This document shows, piece after piece, positions 1 through 10,713 of a DNA stretch of 64,000 nucleotides. The notes under the pieces are model-generated. The model did not search any database and was not told where the DNA came from. It was given only the letters and a program-made list of their open reading frames with translations. The position numbers were made by a program, and so were the translations under genes. How positions within the stretch are numbered: the first letter of the stretch is position 1; every line of letters begins with the position of its first letter. This stretch comes from Gammaproteobacteria bacterium. Its GTDB lineage: Bacteria > Pseudomonadota > Gammaproteobacteria > Acidiferrobacterales > SPGG2. The DNA lies in contig JAOTYM010000004.1 in NCBI GenBank assembly GCA_029861845.1, positions 6,995 to 70,994 of the forward strand, written 5' to 3'.

Positions 1-128
1 CCCGCGGTATTTGTTCTTGAATATTGAACCTATTAAATTCAATAGCTTGTAACGATACCCGGCCAGAATAAACGGCTATGGCGCGGCTACGCGTTACGGT
101 GCGACGATTTGCCAACGCACGGGACGAT

Positions 129-144
129 TGGCATGGCGCTTGCT
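129..144 (+). promoter_or_regulatory. sigma54 (-24/-12) promoter
   Basis: TGGCATGGCGCTTGCT: GG-N10-GC, close to consensus TGGCAC-N5-TTGC; about 95 bp upstream of a small ORF with a strong RBS. Confidence 0.7.
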
Positions 145-239
145 GAGCATGGCGCGTGCCTCGCTATCGGCTGGGGCAACACTTTAAGGTCGGGTGGTAG
201 TTAACCCACACTGCATAATCTTTCTAGGAGGACACAACT

Positions 240-347
240 ATGTCTGATTCCAATCAGGAAGCATCGGCGGTCAAGGGCAGCAAAGCTTGGATGTTTCTCG
301 TCGCTGCTTTCGCAATCCTGCTGGTGGCCGGATTCTTGACCGCCTAA
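240..347 (+). CDS. 35-aa single-pass small membrane protein (absent from the ORF track)
   Basis: AGGAGG RBS, then ATG; MSDSNQEASAVKGSKAWMFLVAAFAILLVAGFLTA*; hydrophobic C-terminal helix; flanked by a sigma54 promoter and a terminator. Confidence 0.7.
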   Translation: MSDSNQEASAVKGSKAWMFLVAAFAILLVAGFLTA

Positions 348-381
348 TTTTTGGTCTCGGCTGCGCGGGCCGAGGCATGAT

Positions 382-420
382 CAACAGAAAGGCGTGGCCT
401 TTGGCCGCGCCTTTCTGTTG
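382..420. terminator. intrinsic terminator hairpin, possibly bidirectional
   Basis: caacagaaaggcgtggcc-ttt-ggccgcgcctttctgttg long inverted repeat after the small ORF. Confidence 0.7.
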
Positions 421-480
421 TAATCCACGACAAACGGACGTAGGTTGAAGGTTATTTAACACGCCCCTTGAGTAAATGTT

Positions 481-1326
481 GTGCGCTGGTCGCGTTATTT
501 GCACGTGTTTTTCGACTGTGACTCGACGCTGACGACCGTCGAGGGAATCGATGTTTTGGCAACGAACGCCGGTCTAGGTGAGCGCGTTAAGGAGCTCACG
601 CAGGCGGCGATGGATGGGCTTATCGATCTCGATGAGATCTATGGCGAGCGTCTGCAAGCGATCAACGCAACCCGTGGCGAGATAAGGGCACTTCGAGAGG
701 TGTACAAGCGCCATGCGGTGGAGGATGCGGCTGCCGTGGTCAGTATGCTCATGAAACTTGGGCATCAGGTCTATATCATTAGCGGCGGCCTTTATGAACC
801 GGTAAGGGAATTTGGCGTGTCTCTCGGTGTGCCGGTGGCACACATTCGGGCAGTGGGCGTCGACTATGATAAGTTGGCCGGCGAGTGGTGGCGTAGACGA
901 GAAACCGGTATCGACCACAAAGACGACCGTTACCTTGATTATCGCAAAGGATCTCTGGCCGTCAGCGATGGTAAGGCCGATATAATAGGACAACTGCTTA
1001 GTGGCTGTTCTGGCCGTAGCCTGCTCGTTGGCGATGGCACCAGCGATTTGCGAGCCGCTCGTGCCGTCGACCTGTTTCTCGGGTATGGCGGGGTTGTGGT
1101 TCGCGCTGCTGTCGAGCGCGACGCGCCGGTTTTTATGCGTTGCCCCAGCCTGGCACCGGTGCTGGTATTGGCGGCGGGACCGGCGATGCTTTGCAAGCAC
1201 GATCACGCCAACCCTGAATTGGTGCGCAAGGCGGTCGAGCTCGTGACGTCTGGAGCGCTTGAATTTCGGGATGAACCGTTGCGAACCAAGTTTGAACGCG
1301 CATGGGCGGCTAACCATGGTCCCTAG
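481..1326 (+). CDS. serB: HAD-IB phosphatase, probable phosphoserine phosphatase
   Basis: FDCDST motif I, ISGG motif II, GDGTSD motif IV; directly upstream of serA. Confidence 0.75.
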   Translation: MRWSRYLHVFFDCDSTLTTVEGIDVLATNAGLGERVKELTQAAMDGLIDLDEIYGERLQAINATRGEIRALREVYKRHAVEDAAAVVSMLMKLGHQVYIISGGLYEPVREFGVSLGVPVAHIRAVGVDYDKLAGEWWRRRETGIDHKDDRYLDYRKGSLAVSDGKADIIGQLLSGCSGRSLLVGDGTSDLRAARAVDLFLGYGGVVVRAAVERDAPVFMRCPSLAPVLVLAAGPAMLCKHDHANPELVRKAVELVTSGALEFRDEPLRTKFERAWAANHGP

Positions 1327-1369
1327 ATGAATGATCCGGTAACATAAACTTTAGGTTGACCGAACATCA

Positions 1370-2956
1370 ATGTTTCGAGTTCTGATAGCAGACAAGTTGG
1401 GAAAGGCAGGGTTGGATAGGATTCAATCCGCGCAAGATGTACGGGCTGATGTCAGGACCGGGCAGAGTAAGGCCGAGCTGCTTAAGATTATCGGCGATTA
1501 CGATGCCATCATCGTTCGTAGTGCCACCAAACTGGACGCCGATTTGCTAGCAGCGGCTAAGCAGTTAAAAGTGGTCGGTCGGGCCGGTGTCGGTGTCGAC
1601 AATGTCGACGTTAGAGCGGCCACCGCTCGCGGTGTGATAGTGATGAACACCCCAGAGGCCAACGCTATTGCGGCGGCAGAACAGGCTATGGCGCTAATGC
1701 TCGCCGCCAGTCGCTATACGGTTCAGTCACATTCACTGGTGAAAGAAGGCAAGTGGGATCGATCAGCGTTTACAGGGATTCAACTCTATCGGAAGAAGCT
1801 CGGACTTATTGGGTTCGGCCGCATAGCGCGGTTGGTGGCCACACGGGCGCAAGCGTTCGGCATGGAAGTGGTTGCCTTCGATCCTTATGTGTCGGAAGAG
1901 GTAGGTCAAGAAGTCGGGGTTACGCTTGTCGATCTCAACGAACTGTTCGAGCAGGCCGATTATATTTCACTGCACGCCAGTCAATCCCCGGAAACGGAAC
2001 GGATTATCAACGCCGACACCCTCAGTCGAGCAAAGGACGGGGTGATACTCGTTAACTCAGCCCGGGGTGCGCTGGTCGATGAGGCGGCATTGGCCGGGGC
2101 TCTCAAAAGCGGCAAGGTGCGCGCCGTCGGTACCGATGTCTACTCGAAGGAGCCGCCGACGCCTGACAATCCGCTCATCGGGCTGCCCAATGTTGTGCAC
2201 ACGCCGCATATTGGTGCGAGCACGGTAGAGGCACAACGCGACGTGTCGATAAAAATCGTCGATCAAGTGCTAGATGCGTTGCGCGGCGATGACTTTCGTA
2301 ACAGCATCAACGTGCCGTTTCAGGTAGGCCCGGATTACGCCACGGTGCTGCCGTATATGACGCTGGCAGAGAAGATTGGTGCGTTGCATTTTCACATGGC
2401 ACCGGCACCGATTCGCCGAGTCGAGGTGGAGCTGCGTGGCGAGGCGATCGAGGACATGACACGACCGGTGGCAGCCGCGCTGCTGAAAGGGCTGCTCGAA
2501 AGTTTCCTCGCCGATGTAGTCAACTACGTCAATGCACCGGTGCTGGCTGAGGAACACGGTATTGCCATCTCGCAGTCCAAGGGGCTTAGTGCGGCGGATT
2601 ATGCTAACGTCATTTCTTGCCGGGCGCACTGGAACGACGGCAATCGTGTCATAGCCGGCGTGTTGTTTGGTGGTCGACAGCCGCGCATCGTGCAGGTCAG
2701 TCACCACCATCTGGATGCCGATCCTACGGGACCGCTGCTCATTATGTTAAATAAGGATGTGCCCGGTGTGATCGGGCAGGTGGGTACGATTCTTGGTGCC
2801 TACGAAGTAAACATCGGTGAGTGGCGCATGGGTCGTAACAGACCCGGTGAAGAGGCGTTATCTTTTATCAATCTCGACAGCGAGCCGCCGGCGGCGGCGC
2901 TGGATGCGCTTAACAAAGTTCCGGCCATCACCAAGCTTAAGTTCTTGCATCTTTAG
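1370..2956 (+). CDS. serA: D-3-phosphoglycerate dehydrogenase (type I, ASB+ACT domains)
   Basis: GRAGVGVDNVD, GFGRIA, NSARG, TPHIGAST motifs; C-terminal NKDVPGVIG ACT domain; 528 aa. Confidence 0.95.
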   Translation: MFRVLIADKLGKAGLDRIQSAQDVRADVRTGQSKAELLKIIGDYDAIIVRSATKLDADLLAAAKQLKVVGRAGVGVDNVDVRAATARGVIVMNTPEANAIAAAEQAMALMLAASRYTVQSHSLVKEGKWDRSAFTGIQLYRKKLGLIGFGRIARLVATRAQAFGMEVVAFDPYVSEEVGQEVGVTLVDLNELFEQADYISLHASQSPETERIINADTLSRAKDGVILVNSARGALVDEAALAGALKSGKVRAVGTDVYSKEPPTPDNPLIGLPNVVHTPHIGASTVEAQRDVSIKIVDQVLDALRGDDFRNSINVPFQVGPDYATVLPYMTLAEKIGALHFHMAPAPIRRVEVELRGEAIEDMTRPVAAALLKGLLESFLADVVNYVNAPVLAEEHGIAISQSKGLSAADYANVISCRAHWNDGNRVIAGVLFGGRQPRIVQVSHHHLDADPTGPLLIMLNKDVPGVIGQVGTILGAYEVNIGEWRMGRNRPGEEALSFINLDSEPPAAALDALNKVPAITKLKFLHL

Positions 2957-2980
2957 ATTATCGGCCCTGCTGGGTCTGGG

Positions 2981-5900
2981 TCACGCCGCCGCACCAGCGA
3001 CGCTGGCACCATAGGCGAGTACCGGTGCGAGCCAGCGTTCGACGTCCGCGACCGGCATTGCCTTGCGTCTGGCGTAGTCTTCGACCTGGTCGCGGCCGAT
3101 CTTGCTGACGCCGAAGTAGCGACTCTCGGGATGGGAGAAATAGAGTCCACTCACCGATGATGCCGGGGTCATGGCGAAGCTTTCGGTTAGCTGGATGCCC
3201 GCGGTTTCCTCGGCGTCGAGCAAATCAAACAACGTACGTTTTTCGGTGTGGTCGGGGCAGGCGGGATAACCGGGTGCGGGGCGAATGCCGGTGTACTGTT
3301 CGCGGATCAACGCATCGTTATCAAGATCCTCGCCCGCCGCGTAGCCCCAGAACTCCTTGCGCACGCGTTCATGCAGTCGCTCGGCAAACGCCTCCGCCAG
3401 GCGATCCGCAAGCGCCTTGACCATGATGGCACTATAGTCGTCATGATTCGATTCAAACTCGGTGACCAGCGCCTCGAGTCCAGCGCCGGTGGTGACCGCA
3501 AAGCCACCAAGGTAATCGCCAACAACGGCATCGCGCGGCGCGATAAAGTCCGCCAGTGCTAGATTCGCGCGACCGCGATCGCGCACCATCTGTTGGCGTA
3601 GGGTATGAAAGGTAGTTAGCACCTTAGATCTTTCGTTATCGGCGTAGACTTCGATGTCGTCGTCGCCGACGCGATTGGCTGGCCAGAAACCGATCACTGC
3701 GTGCGCCTTCAGCCGTTGCTCGTCGATGATCCTCGACAGCAACTGCTTGGCGTCCGCCAGTAAGCCACGCGCGGCCTCGCCGACGACCTCGTCATCGAGG
3801 ATACGCGGATAAACACCCGCCAAGTCCCAGGTACGGAAGAATGGCGTCCAATCGATGTAACGCGAAAGTTCCGCCAGATCGTAGTTATCGAAGGTCTTTA
3901 GGCCGAGAAACGTGGGTTCCTGAGGTCTGTAGTCTCGCCAGTCGATAGGGCACTTATTGGCGCGTGCCCTCGCCAGGGTCTCACGACGAGCTTGCCGCTG
4001 CTCGGCCGCACGTCGCGTGCGAATGGCTTCGTACTCCGCCCGAGTTGTGGTGGTGAATTCCTGTCGTTTCGAGCCAACGAGATTGCTGACAACCCCCACC
4101 GCACGCGACGCATCGGCGACGTAGATCGTGGAACCGCGATAGTTGGGCGAAATCTTGACGGCGGTATGCACGCGACTCGTCGTCGCACCGCCGATCAGTA
4201 ACGGCAGCTCGAATCCCTCGCGCTCCATCTCGCTAGCCACATGGCACATTTCATCGAGACTGGGTGTGATGAGCCCGGAAACACCAATGATATCCGCACC
4301 TTCGGTGCGTGCCGTTTCCAGGATCCTAGCGCTCGGCACCATGACGCCCAAGTCGATAACCTCGTAGTTGTTACAACGAAGCACGACCCCAACGATGTTT
4401 TTGCCGATATCGTGCACATCTCCTTTGGCTGTCGCCAGCACCACCTTGCCGGCGGACCGCCTGCGCAGCGCATCGGTTTCCTCAGCTTCCATGAAGGGCT
4501 GAAGATGCGCCACTGCCTTTTTCATGACGCGCGCGCTCTTTACGACCTGGGGTAGAAACATCTTGCCAGAACCAAATAGATCGCCCACCATGTTCATGCC
4601 GTCCATGAGCGGTCCTTCGATGACCTCCAGCGGACGGCTGGCGGCCAGACGTGCCTCCTCGGTATCGTCGATGATGTAACCGTCGATACCGTGTACCAGC
4701 GCGTACACCAGACGGGCGTGTACGTCAGCTTCACGCCAGCTCAAATCTTCTGTTTTCTTCTTGGTCTCACCCCTAACAGTTCGCGCGACTTCGAGCAGAC
4801 GATCGGTGGCATCAGGGCGCCGGTTAAAGAGTACATCCTCGATGCGATCGCGCACATCGTGCGGGATATCTTCGTACACTGGCAGCTGACCCGCATTGAC
4901 GATTGCCATGTCCAGGCCGGCCTTAATGGCATGGTACAAGAAGGCTGCGTGCATGGCCTCGCGCACCGGATTGTTGCCCCGGAAGGAGAATGAAATATTC
5001 GACACACCCCCCGACACCTTTACGTGCGGCAAGTTTCGTTTAATAAGCCGGGTGGCCTCGATAAAGGCACGCGCATAGTCGTTGTGTTCCTCGATACCGG
5101 TGGCGACGGCGAAGATGTTTGGATCAAATACGATGTCCTCAGCCGCAAAGCCTACCTGCTCGGTCAGAATCTGGTAGCAGCGTTTACAAATCTCATACTT
5201 GCGCTCGACGGTATCCGCCTGCCCTTGTTCGTCAAAGGCCATCACCACTACGCCAGCACCGTAACGCTTAATAAGTGTCGCCTGCTCGATAAAGGCGTGC
5301 TCACCTTGCTTGAGGCTGATGGAGTTGACAAAAGCCTTGCCCTGAACACACTTGAGCCCGGCCTCGATCACCGACCATTTCGACGAGTCGATCATTACCG
5401 GCACCCGGCTGATATCAGGTTCGGCCGCAATAAGGTTTAGGAAACGGCGCATGGCCGCTTCGGAATCGAGCATCCCTTCGTCCATATTGATGTCGATAAT
5501 CTGGGCCCCGTTTTCCACCTGTCCGCGGGCGACACCGACGGCGGTCTCATAATCGTCGTCCAGGATCAGCTTGGCGAACTTAGCCGAGCCGGTGACATTG
5601 GTACGCTCGCCCACGTTTACGAACCCACTGTCGGGCCCGATAGTAACTGCTTCGAGCCCTGACAGGCGGCAACGTGCCGGCAACTCGGGAAGTTTGCGGG
5701 CTGGGTGTGCCGACACAGCGTCGGCAAGGGCGTGGATGTGTGCCGGCGTCGTGCCACAACAGCCCCCGACGACGTTGAGCAGGCCAGACTGGGCGAATTC
5801 GCCAAGCAACGTTGCCATATATTCCGGGGTGTCGTCGTAACCGCCGAACTCGTTAGGCAGGCCGGCATTCGGATGACAGCTGACGTGGGTGTCGGCTACC

Positions 5901-6697
5901 CGAGATAGTTCGTCGATGTACGGCCTAAGTTCTTTGGCACCCAGCGCACAGTTAAGACCAACCACAAGCGGCTTCGCATGTCGCACCGAATTCCAAAATG
6001 CCTCCGGCGTTTGGCCCGACAGTGTGCGCCCGCTCAAGTCGGTGATGGTGGCAGAGATCATGACCGGCAAGCGCTTGTTCTGCGCCGCAAAGTATTCGTC
6101 GATCGCAAATAACGCGGCCTTGGCGTTCAGCGTGTCGAATACCGTCTCCACCAGAATGATGTCCGCCCCACCATCTACTAACCCGCGCAGCGCCTCGCTA
6201 TAGACCTGGCGAAGTTCGTCAAAGGTGACGTTGCGAAAACCGGGATCATTGACGTCCGGTGACAACGAGGCGGTGCGATTGGTGGGGCCAAGCACCCCGG
6301 CAACCCAACGCGGTTTGTCTGGGGTAAGGGCGGTGGCTGCATCAGTCGCCTCGCGCGCAATCCGTGCGCCCTCACGGTTGAGTTCGTACACCAGTGATTC
6401 CAGGCCGTAATCAGTCTGTGAGATCGAGGTTGAGTTGAAGGTGTTGGTCTCGACGATATCGGCGCCGGCCTCTAGAAACCTATCATGAATCGTGCGGATG
6501 ACATCGGGTCGTGTAATCGACAACAGGTCGTTATTGCCTCTAAGGTCGCGCGAGTGGTTGGCGAAGCGCTCACCTCGGAAGCCGGATTCTGTGAGCGCGA
6601 ACCCTTGGATCATAGTACCCATGGCGCCGTCGAATAACAGGATACGGTCGCCAAGTGCATCCTCAAGCCTGCGTATTCGTTGCGCTGCCTGGTTCAT
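2981..6697 (-). CDS. metH: cobalamin-dependent methionine synthase
   Basis: [32 protein letters not shown] (B12 His), [12 protein letters not shown]; 1238 aa. Confidence 0.98.
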   Translation of the reverse strand: MNQAAQRIRRLEDALGDRILLFDGAMGTMIQGFALTESGFRGERFANHSRDLRGNNDLLSITRPDVIRTIHDRFLEAGADIVETNTFNSTSISQTDYGLESLVYELNREGARIAREATDAATALTPDKPRWVAGVLGPTNRTASLSPDVNDPGFRNVTFDELRQVYSEALRGLVDGGADIILVETVFDTLNAKAALFAIDEYFAAQNKRLPVMISATITDLSGRTLSGQTPEAFWNSVRHAKPLVVGLNCALGAKELRPYIDELSRVADTHVSCHPNAGLPNEFGGYDDTPEYMATLLGEFAQSGLLNVVGGCCGTTPAHIHALADAVSAHPARKLPELPARCRLSGLEAVTIGPDSGFVNVGERTNVTGSAKFAKLILDDDYETAVGVARGQVENGAQIIDINMDEGMLDSEAAMRRFLNLIAAEPDISRVPVMIDSSKWSVIEAGLKCVQGKAFVNSISLKQGEHAFIEQATLIKRYGAGVVVMAFDEQGQADTVERKYEICKRCYQILTEQVGFAAEDIVFDPNIFAVATGIEEHNDYARAFIEATRLIKRNLPHVKVSGGVSNISFSFRGNNPVREAMHAAFLYHAIKAGLDMAIVNAGQLPVYEDIPHDVRDRIEDVLFNRRPDATDRLLEVARTVRGETKKKTEDLSWREADVHARLVYALVHGIDGYIIDDTEEARLAASRPLEVIEGPLMDGMNMVGDLFGSGKMFLPQVVKSARVMKKAVAHLQPFMEAEETDALRRRSAGKVVLATAKGDVHDIGKNIVGVVLRCNNYEVIDLGVMVPSARILETARTEGADIIGVSGLITPSLDEMCHVASEMEREGFELPLLIGGATTSRVHTAVKISPNYRGSTIYVADASRAVGVVSNLVGSKRQEFTTTTRAEYEAIRTRRAAEQRQARRETLARARANKCPIDWRDYRPQEPTFLGLKTFDNYDLAELSRYIDWTPFFRTWDLAGVYPRILDDEVVGEAARGLLADAKQLLSRIIDEQRLKAHAVIGFWPANRVGDDDIEVYADNERSKVLTTFHTLRQQMVRDRGRANLALADFIAPRDAVVGDYLGGFAVTTGAGLEALVTEFESNHDDYSAIMVKALADRLAEAFAERLHERVRKEFWGYAAGEDLDNDALIREQYTGIRPAPGYPACPDHTEKRTLFDLLDAEETAGIQLTESFAMTPASSVSGLYFSHPESRYFGVSKIGRDQVEDYARRKAMPVADVERWLAPVLAYGASVAGAAA

Positions 6698-6699
6698 GA

Positions 6700-7659
6700 T
6701 TATTCTTTAGTGGCGAGGTGGTAGTCGTTTGGCGTCGGCAGTGCCGGTCTTATGCCTAGGATGTGGCAGATGGCTTGCGTCAGCGCCGCCCGATTCAACG
6801 TATAGAAATGAAATTCGTTCACGCCTTGCTCTTTGAGTCGCATGCATTGTTCGGCCGCCACCGTAGCCGCCACCAATTGACGAGTCTCAGGATCGCCGTC
6901 TAGGCCTTCAAACAGACGGGCAAGCCAATTGGGGACGCTGGCACCACAGACTCTTGCGAACTGTTTGAGCCTGGCAAAGTTCGTGACCGGCAAGATCCCG
7001 GGTACGATGGGCACACCAATACCGGCGGCACGTGCCCGCTCGACGAATCGCAAGTAGATCTCTACATCGAAAAAAAACTGCGTGATGGCGCGACTAGCGC
7101 CGGCGTCGATCTTGCGCTTGAGATTATCCAAATCGGCCTCGGCGGAATGCGCATCTGGGTGCACCTCAGGGAAGGCCGCAACACTGATCTCGAAGTCACC
7201 AATTTGGCGTACGCCCGCCACCAACGCCGCGGCATTAGCGTAGCCATCGGGATGTGGCTGAAAACGTTGCTGCTGTTCAGGTGGATCGCCGCGCAATGCA
7301 ACGATATGGCGTACACCGATCGCTTGGTAATTGCGCACGACCGCATCGACTTCCGTCCGCGAGGCAGCAACGCATGTCAGGTGTGCAGCCGGCGTAAGGT
7401 TCGTCTCATTCAGGATCCTCTTCACCGTTATATGGGTGCGCTCGCGCGTGCTGCCACCCGCTCCGTAGGTCACTGAGACGAAACGCGGCAACAACGGCGC
7501 CAGGCGCTCGATTGATTGCCACAGCACTTGTTCCATCTTTGTGGTGTGTGGCGGGAAGAATTCGAAGGAGATCGCGATCGCAGGCCTGATGGGAGTGACC
7601 GCACTGCTGGCGTCACCATTACCGGGCTTTGCGCCCTCATTCGCAGTAGCAATACGCAT
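6700..7659 (-). CDS. metF: 5,10-methylenetetrahydrofolate reductase
   Basis: SFEFFPP, VTYGAGG, ALRGD, ITQFFFD, HFYTLN; start placed at ATG 7659 with GGAGG RBS. Confidence 0.95.
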   Translation of the reverse strand: MRIATANEGAKPGNGDASSAVTPIRPAIAISFEFFPPHTTKMEQVLWQSIERLAPLLPRFVSVTYGAGGSTRERTHITVKRILNETNLTPAAHLTCVAASRTEVDAVVRNYQAIGVRHIVALRGDPPEQQQRFQPHPDGYANAAALVAGVRQIGDFEISVAAFPEVHPDAHSAEADLDNLKRKIDAGASRAITQFFFDVEIYLRFVERARAAGIGVPIVPGILPVTNFARLKQFARVCGASVPNWLARLFEGLDGDPETRQLVAATVAAEQCMRLKEQGVNEFHFYTLNRAALTQAICHILGIRPALPTPNDYHLATKE

Positions 7660-7660
7660 G

Positions 7661-8641
7661 CTAGGCCACCTCCAAACTGCGGTGGGTCGGGGCATGCTGG
7701 TGTTGTGTGCTTGTCCAAAGAGAAACCGTTAGCTTCTCTTTGTCGCGCTTGCCAGCGACCTTCAGATGCCGAACGTCGGTATTGACGAGACCGGCGCTGT
7801 CACACCAGCCGATCACTTCCGTGTCTGCGAATCCAAGTCGTCGATGAGAGTAGTCCGTTCTCAGGAACTCCAATGCATGGGGCGCAAAGTCGGCGATAAA
7901 AAGACGTCCGCCTGGGCGCAGGGTGCGGGCCGCCTCCGCCACCGCTGCGCCAGGATCGTCAAGAAAATGCAGTACATGGTGAATGGTGACCACGTCCATC
8001 GACCCCGTGGCCACGGAAAGATTGTAGATATCACCGTGACGCACCTGGCAATGCTGGAGGTGGGCACCTTCCAGATTGGCACGAGCCACGGCGAGCATCT
8101 CGCGGCTGAGATCAATGCCGAGCCCACGATTAGTTTTGGTAGCAAATACCTGGAGAATGCGCCCTGTTCCCGTGCCGAGATCGAGCAGATCTTCTACCGT
8201 ATCATCGCCCAGTGCTTTTAACATGGCTCGTTCGACCTCGGATTCCGCGACGTATAGCGAACGAATGCGATCCCATTTGGCGGCATTCTCGCGAAAATAC
8301 GTGGCTGCCGCCTCGGCGCGAATTGCTCTCACCGTTTCGAGCCGCCGAAGGTCTCGCTCGATCTCCAGATCGGCTCCAGGGATGAGTTCGACCAGCGCCC
8401 GGGCGAGGGGCGCACCCGCCCCCCGCTGCGTGAGCCGATAGAAGACCCAAGTGCCTTCAGGAATGCGCTCTAGCAGTCTCGCTTCGCACAACAGTTTCAA
8501 GTGCCGACTGACCCGTGGTTGACTTTGACCCAGGATCTGCGTGAGCTCGGAGACGGTGAGCTCGTTTCGAGCCAGAATCGCCAGCAGTCGTAGACGTGTG
8601 CGTTCGCCGGCGGCACGGAGACCAGTTAGCAATGTGTCCAT
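7661..8641 (-). CDS. sahR: ArsR-HTH / SAM-binding methyltransferase-domain regulator (SahR-like)
   Basis: N-terminal ArsR HTH (SQPRVSRHLK) plus LDLGTGTG methyltransferase domain; heads the metF-metH operon; start at MDTLL. Confidence 0.85.
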   Translation of the reverse strand: MDTLLTGLRAAGERTRLRLLAILARNELTVSELTQILGQSQPRVSRHLKLLCEARLLERIPEGTWVFYRLTQRGAGAPLARALVELIPGADLEIERDLRRLETVRAIRAEAAATYFRENAAKWDRIRSLYVAESEVERAMLKALGDDTVEDLLDLGTGTGRILQVFATKTNRGLGIDLSREMLAVARANLEGAHLQHCQVRHGDIYNLSVATGSMDVVTIHHVLHFLDDPGAAVAEAARTLRPGGRLFIADFAPHALEFLRTDYSHRRLGFADTEVIGWCDSAGLVNTDVRHLKVAGKRDKEKLTVSLWTSTQHQHAPTHRSLEVA

Positions 8642-8680
8642 GCATTTTCCCCTTGAAGCCTGCTGCCGTAGTTGATAAAT

Positions 8681-8700
8681 ATATAAAGATATCTTTATAT
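8681..8700. promoter_or_regulatory. palindromic SahR-type operator
   Basis: perfect 20-bp palindrome ATATAAAGATATCTTTATAT overlapping the -10 of the sahR promoter. Confidence 0.8.
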
Positions 8701-8722
8701 ATGAACGATGGGCCGATGTCAA
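8694..8722 (-). promoter_or_regulatory. sigma70 promoter of sahR-metF-metH
   Basis: minus strand TTGACA-17 bp-TATAAA. Confidence 0.8.
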
Positions 8723-8783
8723 GCCAACGCCAGTGCCGCACCGGTAAAATCGCGTCCTGGTCCCCAAAAAAGCGACGACAAAC

Positions 8784-9482
8784 ATGATTACAATTAGGCG
8801 TGCTGGCGAACGTGGTCGCAGTCAGCTTGATTGGCTGCATAGCCGCCACACGTTCTCATTTTCGAACTACTACGACCCCGATCACATGGGCTATTCGGTG
8901 CTCAGAGTTATTAATGAAGACCGCATAGCGCCGGCGGCTGGGTTTGGCAGTCATTCTCATCGCGACATGGAGATTATCAGCTATGTGCTCGACGGTGGGC
9001 TGGAGCACAAGGATAGCCTAGGCAATGGTTCGGTCATCCGACCGGGCGAGGTCCAGCGCATGAGCGCCGGGACCGGTATCACCCATAGCGAGTACAATGC
9101 GTCCAAGCTAGAACCAGCGCATTTTCTACAGATATGGATACTGCCAGCCGTAACGGGGATTGCACCGAGTTACGAACAGCGGCGATTCGACGACAGCAAC
9201 GACAGCGGCCGATGGCGACTATTAGTTTCCCCCGATGGCCGTGAGGGATCGCTGACGTTGAACCAGAACGCGCTTATGTATATGGCGAGGTTGAAACGGG
9301 GAGAAGCGAGGCATCACGCGCTTGCGGCAGATCGACAGACCTTGCTACACGTCGCCCGCGGGGAAGCCGTTCTCAGTGGACACAGGATTGTGGCCGGTGA
9401 TAGCGCAATGATTAACGACGAACAAGCAATTAACTTGTCTACTGACGAATCAACAGAAGTACTGATGTTTGACCTTCCCTAG
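8784..9482 (+). CDS. pirin family protein (YhhW-like)
   Basis: WLHSRHTFSF, HSHRDMEI, MSAGTGITHSE, FLQIWI cupin motifs. Confidence 0.9.
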   Translation: MITIRRAGERGRSQLDWLHSRHTFSFSNYYDPDHMGYSVLRVINEDRIAPAAGFGSHSHRDMEIISYVLDGGLEHKDSLGNGSVIRPGEVQRMSAGTGITHSEYNASKLEPAHFLQIWILPAVTGIAPSYEQRRFDDSNDSGRWRLLVSPDGREGSLTLNQNALMYMARLKRGEARHHALAADRQTLLHVARGEAVLSGHRIVAGDSAMINDEQAINLSTDESTEVLMFDLP

Positions 9483-9528
9483 ATAAACAAGAATAGTGAA
9501 AGCGCTAACTTCGTCACACGGATAACGG

Positions 9529-10686
9529 GTGCATTTACCGGACTACAAAAACGGAAGTATTGTTAATCTAGTAAGCTCGATTCAGGTCGCGTTGGGCGGC
9601 GGCCAGCCAAGTTATGGCACCTTGTCGCAGCTGACGTTATCGAAGCCCAATACTGCCGGTAGCGTCGTGCTTATTGTCATCGACGGCCTTGGTCATGCTT
9701 ACTTAAGACAGCGTGGTCGAGGTATCCTTCATGGATACCTGGTAGATCGTATAACGTCGGTATTTCCATCGACCACGGCGTCCGCTATTACCAGTTTTTT
9801 TACTGGCACGGCGCCACAACAACACGCCCTTACTGGTTGGTTCACCTATTTTAAGGAACTCGGTGCGGTTGCGGCGCCACTACCGTTTAGGCGCCGCTCG
9901 AGCAAGATATCGCTAACGGACGCCGGTGTCGATGCCCGTAAGTTATTCGATCAGCCGTCTATGTTCGAACGTATCGACACGCCTTCTCATATCGTATTAC
10001 CTGCTGATATCGTCGAATCTGAATACACAACCGCCCATAGTGGATCGGCCGAAAGATGGGCTTATACCTCGCTAGAGTGGTGTTTTCGGGTCATTGAGAA
10101 GATTATCCGTTGCGGTAGTTCACGCCAATATATCTACGCCTACTGGCCAGAATTTGACACCTTGGCACACAAGTACGGAACGCAGAGCAAGGAGGTAACA
10201 GAACATTTCGACCAACTGGATACGGCATTTGCCTGTTTCCTTGATCGTATTGAGGGTAGTGGTACAACTGTAGTTGTGACCGCTGACCACGGCTTCATCG
10301 ACACTGGGCCAGACAGACTAGTTGAACTAGAGTCACATCCAGAGCTGGCGAGCACGCTCGCATTGCCGTTATGTGGCGAACCGCGTGTTGCGTTCTGCTA
10401 TGTGCATCCTGAACGACACCAGCGGTTCAAAGAATACGTCGAAGACCGACTTGGTTATTGTGCTGAGATCTATCGAAGTGAGCAATTGGTGGAACAGGGT
10501 TTCTTCGGGCTTGGCAAGCCTAATCCACGACTACTGGATAGGATTGGACACTATGCGTTAGTAATGAAGGACCGCTATGTCATCAAGGATTGGATTGTCG
10601 GCGAACGCCGTTACGAGCACATCGGTGTCCATGGCGGTGTCAGCGAAGAGGAGATGTATGTTCCTCTTATCGTTGTCCAGACCTAG
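9529..10686 (+). CDS. alkaline phosphatase superfamily nucleotide pyrophosphatase/phosphodiesterase
   Basis: VIDGLG, FPSTTA, DTLAH, TADHG, GVHGG motifs. Confidence 0.85.
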   Translation: MHLPDYKNGSIVNLVSSIQVALGGGQPSYGTLSQLTLSKPNTAGSVVLIVIDGLGHAYLRQRGRGILHGYLVDRITSVFPSTTASAITSFFTGTAPQQHALTGWFTYFKELGAVAAPLPFRRRSSKISLTDAGVDARKLFDQPSMFERIDTPSHIVLPADIVESEYTTAHSGSAERWAYTSLEWCFRVIEKIIRCGSSRQYIYAYWPEFDTLAHKYGTQSKEVTEHFDQLDTAFACFLDRIEGSGTTVVVTADHGFIDTGPDRLVELESHPELASTLALPLCGEPRVAFCYVHPERHQRFKEYVEDRLGYCAEIYRSEQLVEQGFFGLGKPNPRLLDRIGHYALVMKDRYVIKDWIVGERRYEHIGVHGGVSEEEMYVPLIVVQT

Positions 10687-10713
10687 TGTCGATCGCATGC
10701 GAGACTAGTCAGC

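Noticed and set aside
271-504. 77-aa minus-strand ORF
   Set aside because: Overlaps the better-supported 240-347 ORF and its terminator; no RBS or motif
6698-8780. Possible SAM or cobalamin riboswitch ahead of metF/metH
   Set aside because: The genes are separated by only 1-2 bp and the leader is short; the protein operator explains the regulation
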